Source: Candidatus Undinarchaeales archaeon (GTDB lineage: Archaea > SpSt-1190 > JASMDC01). From it: 35,621 bases of DNA. The position numbers and the translations under genes were made by a program. This document shows positions 35,101 to 35,621 of this stretch, piece by piece. The stretch spans positions 1 through 35,621 of the forward strand of contig JASMDC010000036.1 in the NCBI GenBank assembly GCA_030753015.1, in the 5' to 3' direction. Each line of letters starts with the position of its first letter. Positions within the stretch are counted from its first letter, which is position 1. The notes under the pieces were generated by a model. The model saw nothing but the letters and a program-made list of their open reading frames with translations, was not told the DNA's origin and made no database searches.

Positions 35101-35621
35101 TCGCCCGGGACCTGCGGACCGTCACCTCGTATGAACGACCAGTGGTGCTCGTCGAGGAGGAGCTGTGCGGGAACATGGCGTGCGAGCCCTCCGAGAATTC
35201 CGACACATGCCCACAGGACTGTCCCTGTGGGAACGGCGTGTGCGACACCGAGCGCCGGTGCCTCACGCTCACCGGCGGTGCCACCTCGTGCCTGGAGCCC
35301 GAGACCTGCGCCACATGCGCCGCCGATTGCGGGTGCGCTGGATCATTCATCTGTCTGGAGGAGCAGTGCATCGATGCGTCTGTGTGCGGCGACGGGCAAT
35401 GTCTGGGTGACGAGGACAAGGCCACGTGCTGCGATGATTGCGGCTGCCCTGCGAACGAGGTGTGCCGGGAGGGCGGCTGCGCACGCGTGGAGACCGCTGC
35501 CTCCGGCATCCCCAGCGTGTTCCTCCTCGCCGGCATCCTCGTCATCATGATGGTGACCAGCGCTCTGTCATCGCTCTCCCTCCGCCGGGGGCCAGCACCC
35601 GAAGCACCCGTCATGCTCCCC
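32196..35621 (+). CDS. Large Cys-rich CGDGxC-repeat surface protein (>1140 aa, runs off the window; not in the ORF track)
   Basis: A GTG start follows a perfect GGAGGTGA SD. The translation MSPSSRHVLPVLFLAIAMFMSLSAAA is a signal peptide. It continues with beta-rich domains, a poly-Ser/Gly linker, Cys repeats, an IVETIPKDVA...DPVVAW domain and a TM helix (VFLLAGILVIMMV) near the edge. No stop was seen in the parts read. Confidence 0.88.
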   Translation, partial: MSPSSRHVLPVLFLAIAMFMSLSAAAVESTTFVLEDEEMVMNVASGETTSYYLDLGGDAPVFATDNYESWDWDQDVWYRVDVWDEINKTLKGATVTTGDGFGTTCAEPSVPNGTYYCALPFNHDPTDIKVELEGFVTKVYDDALVHKNVPPPYNATLVRYTMTVVAHDELNLTFPLDGTLANGKVTASGSATINYVNDVAYVATTVANTFTVERTGYLTTTSASASPLSNTEQVVVTFGTNGTSCTTNASLRCDQSVKYTFKVSFYGCERRPQNNANVTVVNGTTLYATAVNEDGTAHYYLPVDPTLDDDHPLDVKFDDYHFEKELYKGRVNNSAQYTMEYDFEEMWGGCGGSSSSSSSSSSSTGGTTGGGAAGGGGGGGGGGALTDTFEVTCPAVTVTAGGRAGAICMFRQLEGSTPYLEGTAETAGDIIVEPTSFSVDRLYYYDPDLGDYSNVREVALNVSAEGLDMCTDSVSSVIVNASFDTRSGPLFNGTVLPVTVMSQDECHVCGDGACTGRESVDACPEDCAVCGDGTCSSSEDLIACPDDCAICGDGTCSEGENVTACPGDCTVCGDGQCSSGEDAEKCPDDCTQCGDGQCTGDETLGTCAGDCARCGDGTCSSGEVLATCPEDCSACGDGQCTGSEDAASCPNDCSVCGDGQCTGKESITTCCVDCGCDENMTCDVELSLCRALSTCGDGTCDLAETAASCSEDCATCGDGVCSGDEDTASCCADCSCDEGTCNPVLNTCVTTTCGDGTCDAGEGITCPEDCVRCGDGTCDEGESCCTDCGCFGDEVCDPLTVSCVIVTDEKTLTFDHSLSAGVDGTPASAEEQETHEREKTRTVEEVAALVTRARAGSGTAADTSELASKVRSMVERSVEASREVASHRTVTVKDTSAGYRSTVGLEVENTGTTFRRDVRIVETIPKDVAGDVSQLVFERQPDMIIKADPVVAWTVDIPPGEKVALTYSVARDLRTVTSYERPVVLVEEELCGNMACEPSENSDTCPQDCPCGNGVCDTERRCLTLTGGATSCLEPETCATCAADCGCAGSFICLEEQCIDASVCGDGQCLGDEDKATCCDDCGCPANEVCREGGCARVETAASGIPSVFLLAGILVIMMVTSALSSLSLRRGPAPEAPVMLP
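33711..34610 (+). repeat. 63-bp (21-aa) tandem Cys repeat CxxCGDGxCxxxExxxxCPxD
   Basis: Eight in-register units run from 33711 with period 63, followed by four more CGDG units with spacers. Confidence 0.9.

Overview
This is a high-GC (roughly 60% by eye) archaeal chromosomal segment: it carries rpoK, nop5-flpA, TATA boxes and GGTGA/GGAGG Shine-Dalgarno sites. The lineage cannot be fixed from the window. The left two-thirds mixes housekeeping and metabolic genes (5'-truncated carbamate kinase, a bacterial-type class I GAPDH, AIM24, RpoK, fibrillarin/Nop5, a methanopterin cluster of DHPS-like, DUF447 and beta-RFAP synthase) with several unusual ones. These are a Sec23/Sec24-like protein (Zn finger, vWA, beta-sandwich), a fibrillarin with an Arg/Gly-rich N-terminal extension, a CARF-like wHTH regulator, an NHL-TM-GIFT-like membrane protein and three tandem coiled-coil paralogues. 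A low-GC TPR-lipoprotein cassette of about 2 kb is bounded by a 10-bp direct repeat and imperfect inverted repeats, and looks like a non-autonomous insertion. Near 21.83 kb two apparently headless genes meet head-to-head, which suggests a rearrangement or misassembly. The right 12.7 kb is a co-oriented surface/attachment locus: two class III (pilin-like) signal-peptide proteins, a 1455-aa Cys-rich WD40 adhesin, a secreted phage tail-fibre-like protein, and a >1140-aa CGDGxC-repeat protein that is missing from the ORF track. No rRNA, tRNA, CRISPR array, transposase or integrase was recognised. All family calls are motif recognition by eye, not database searches.
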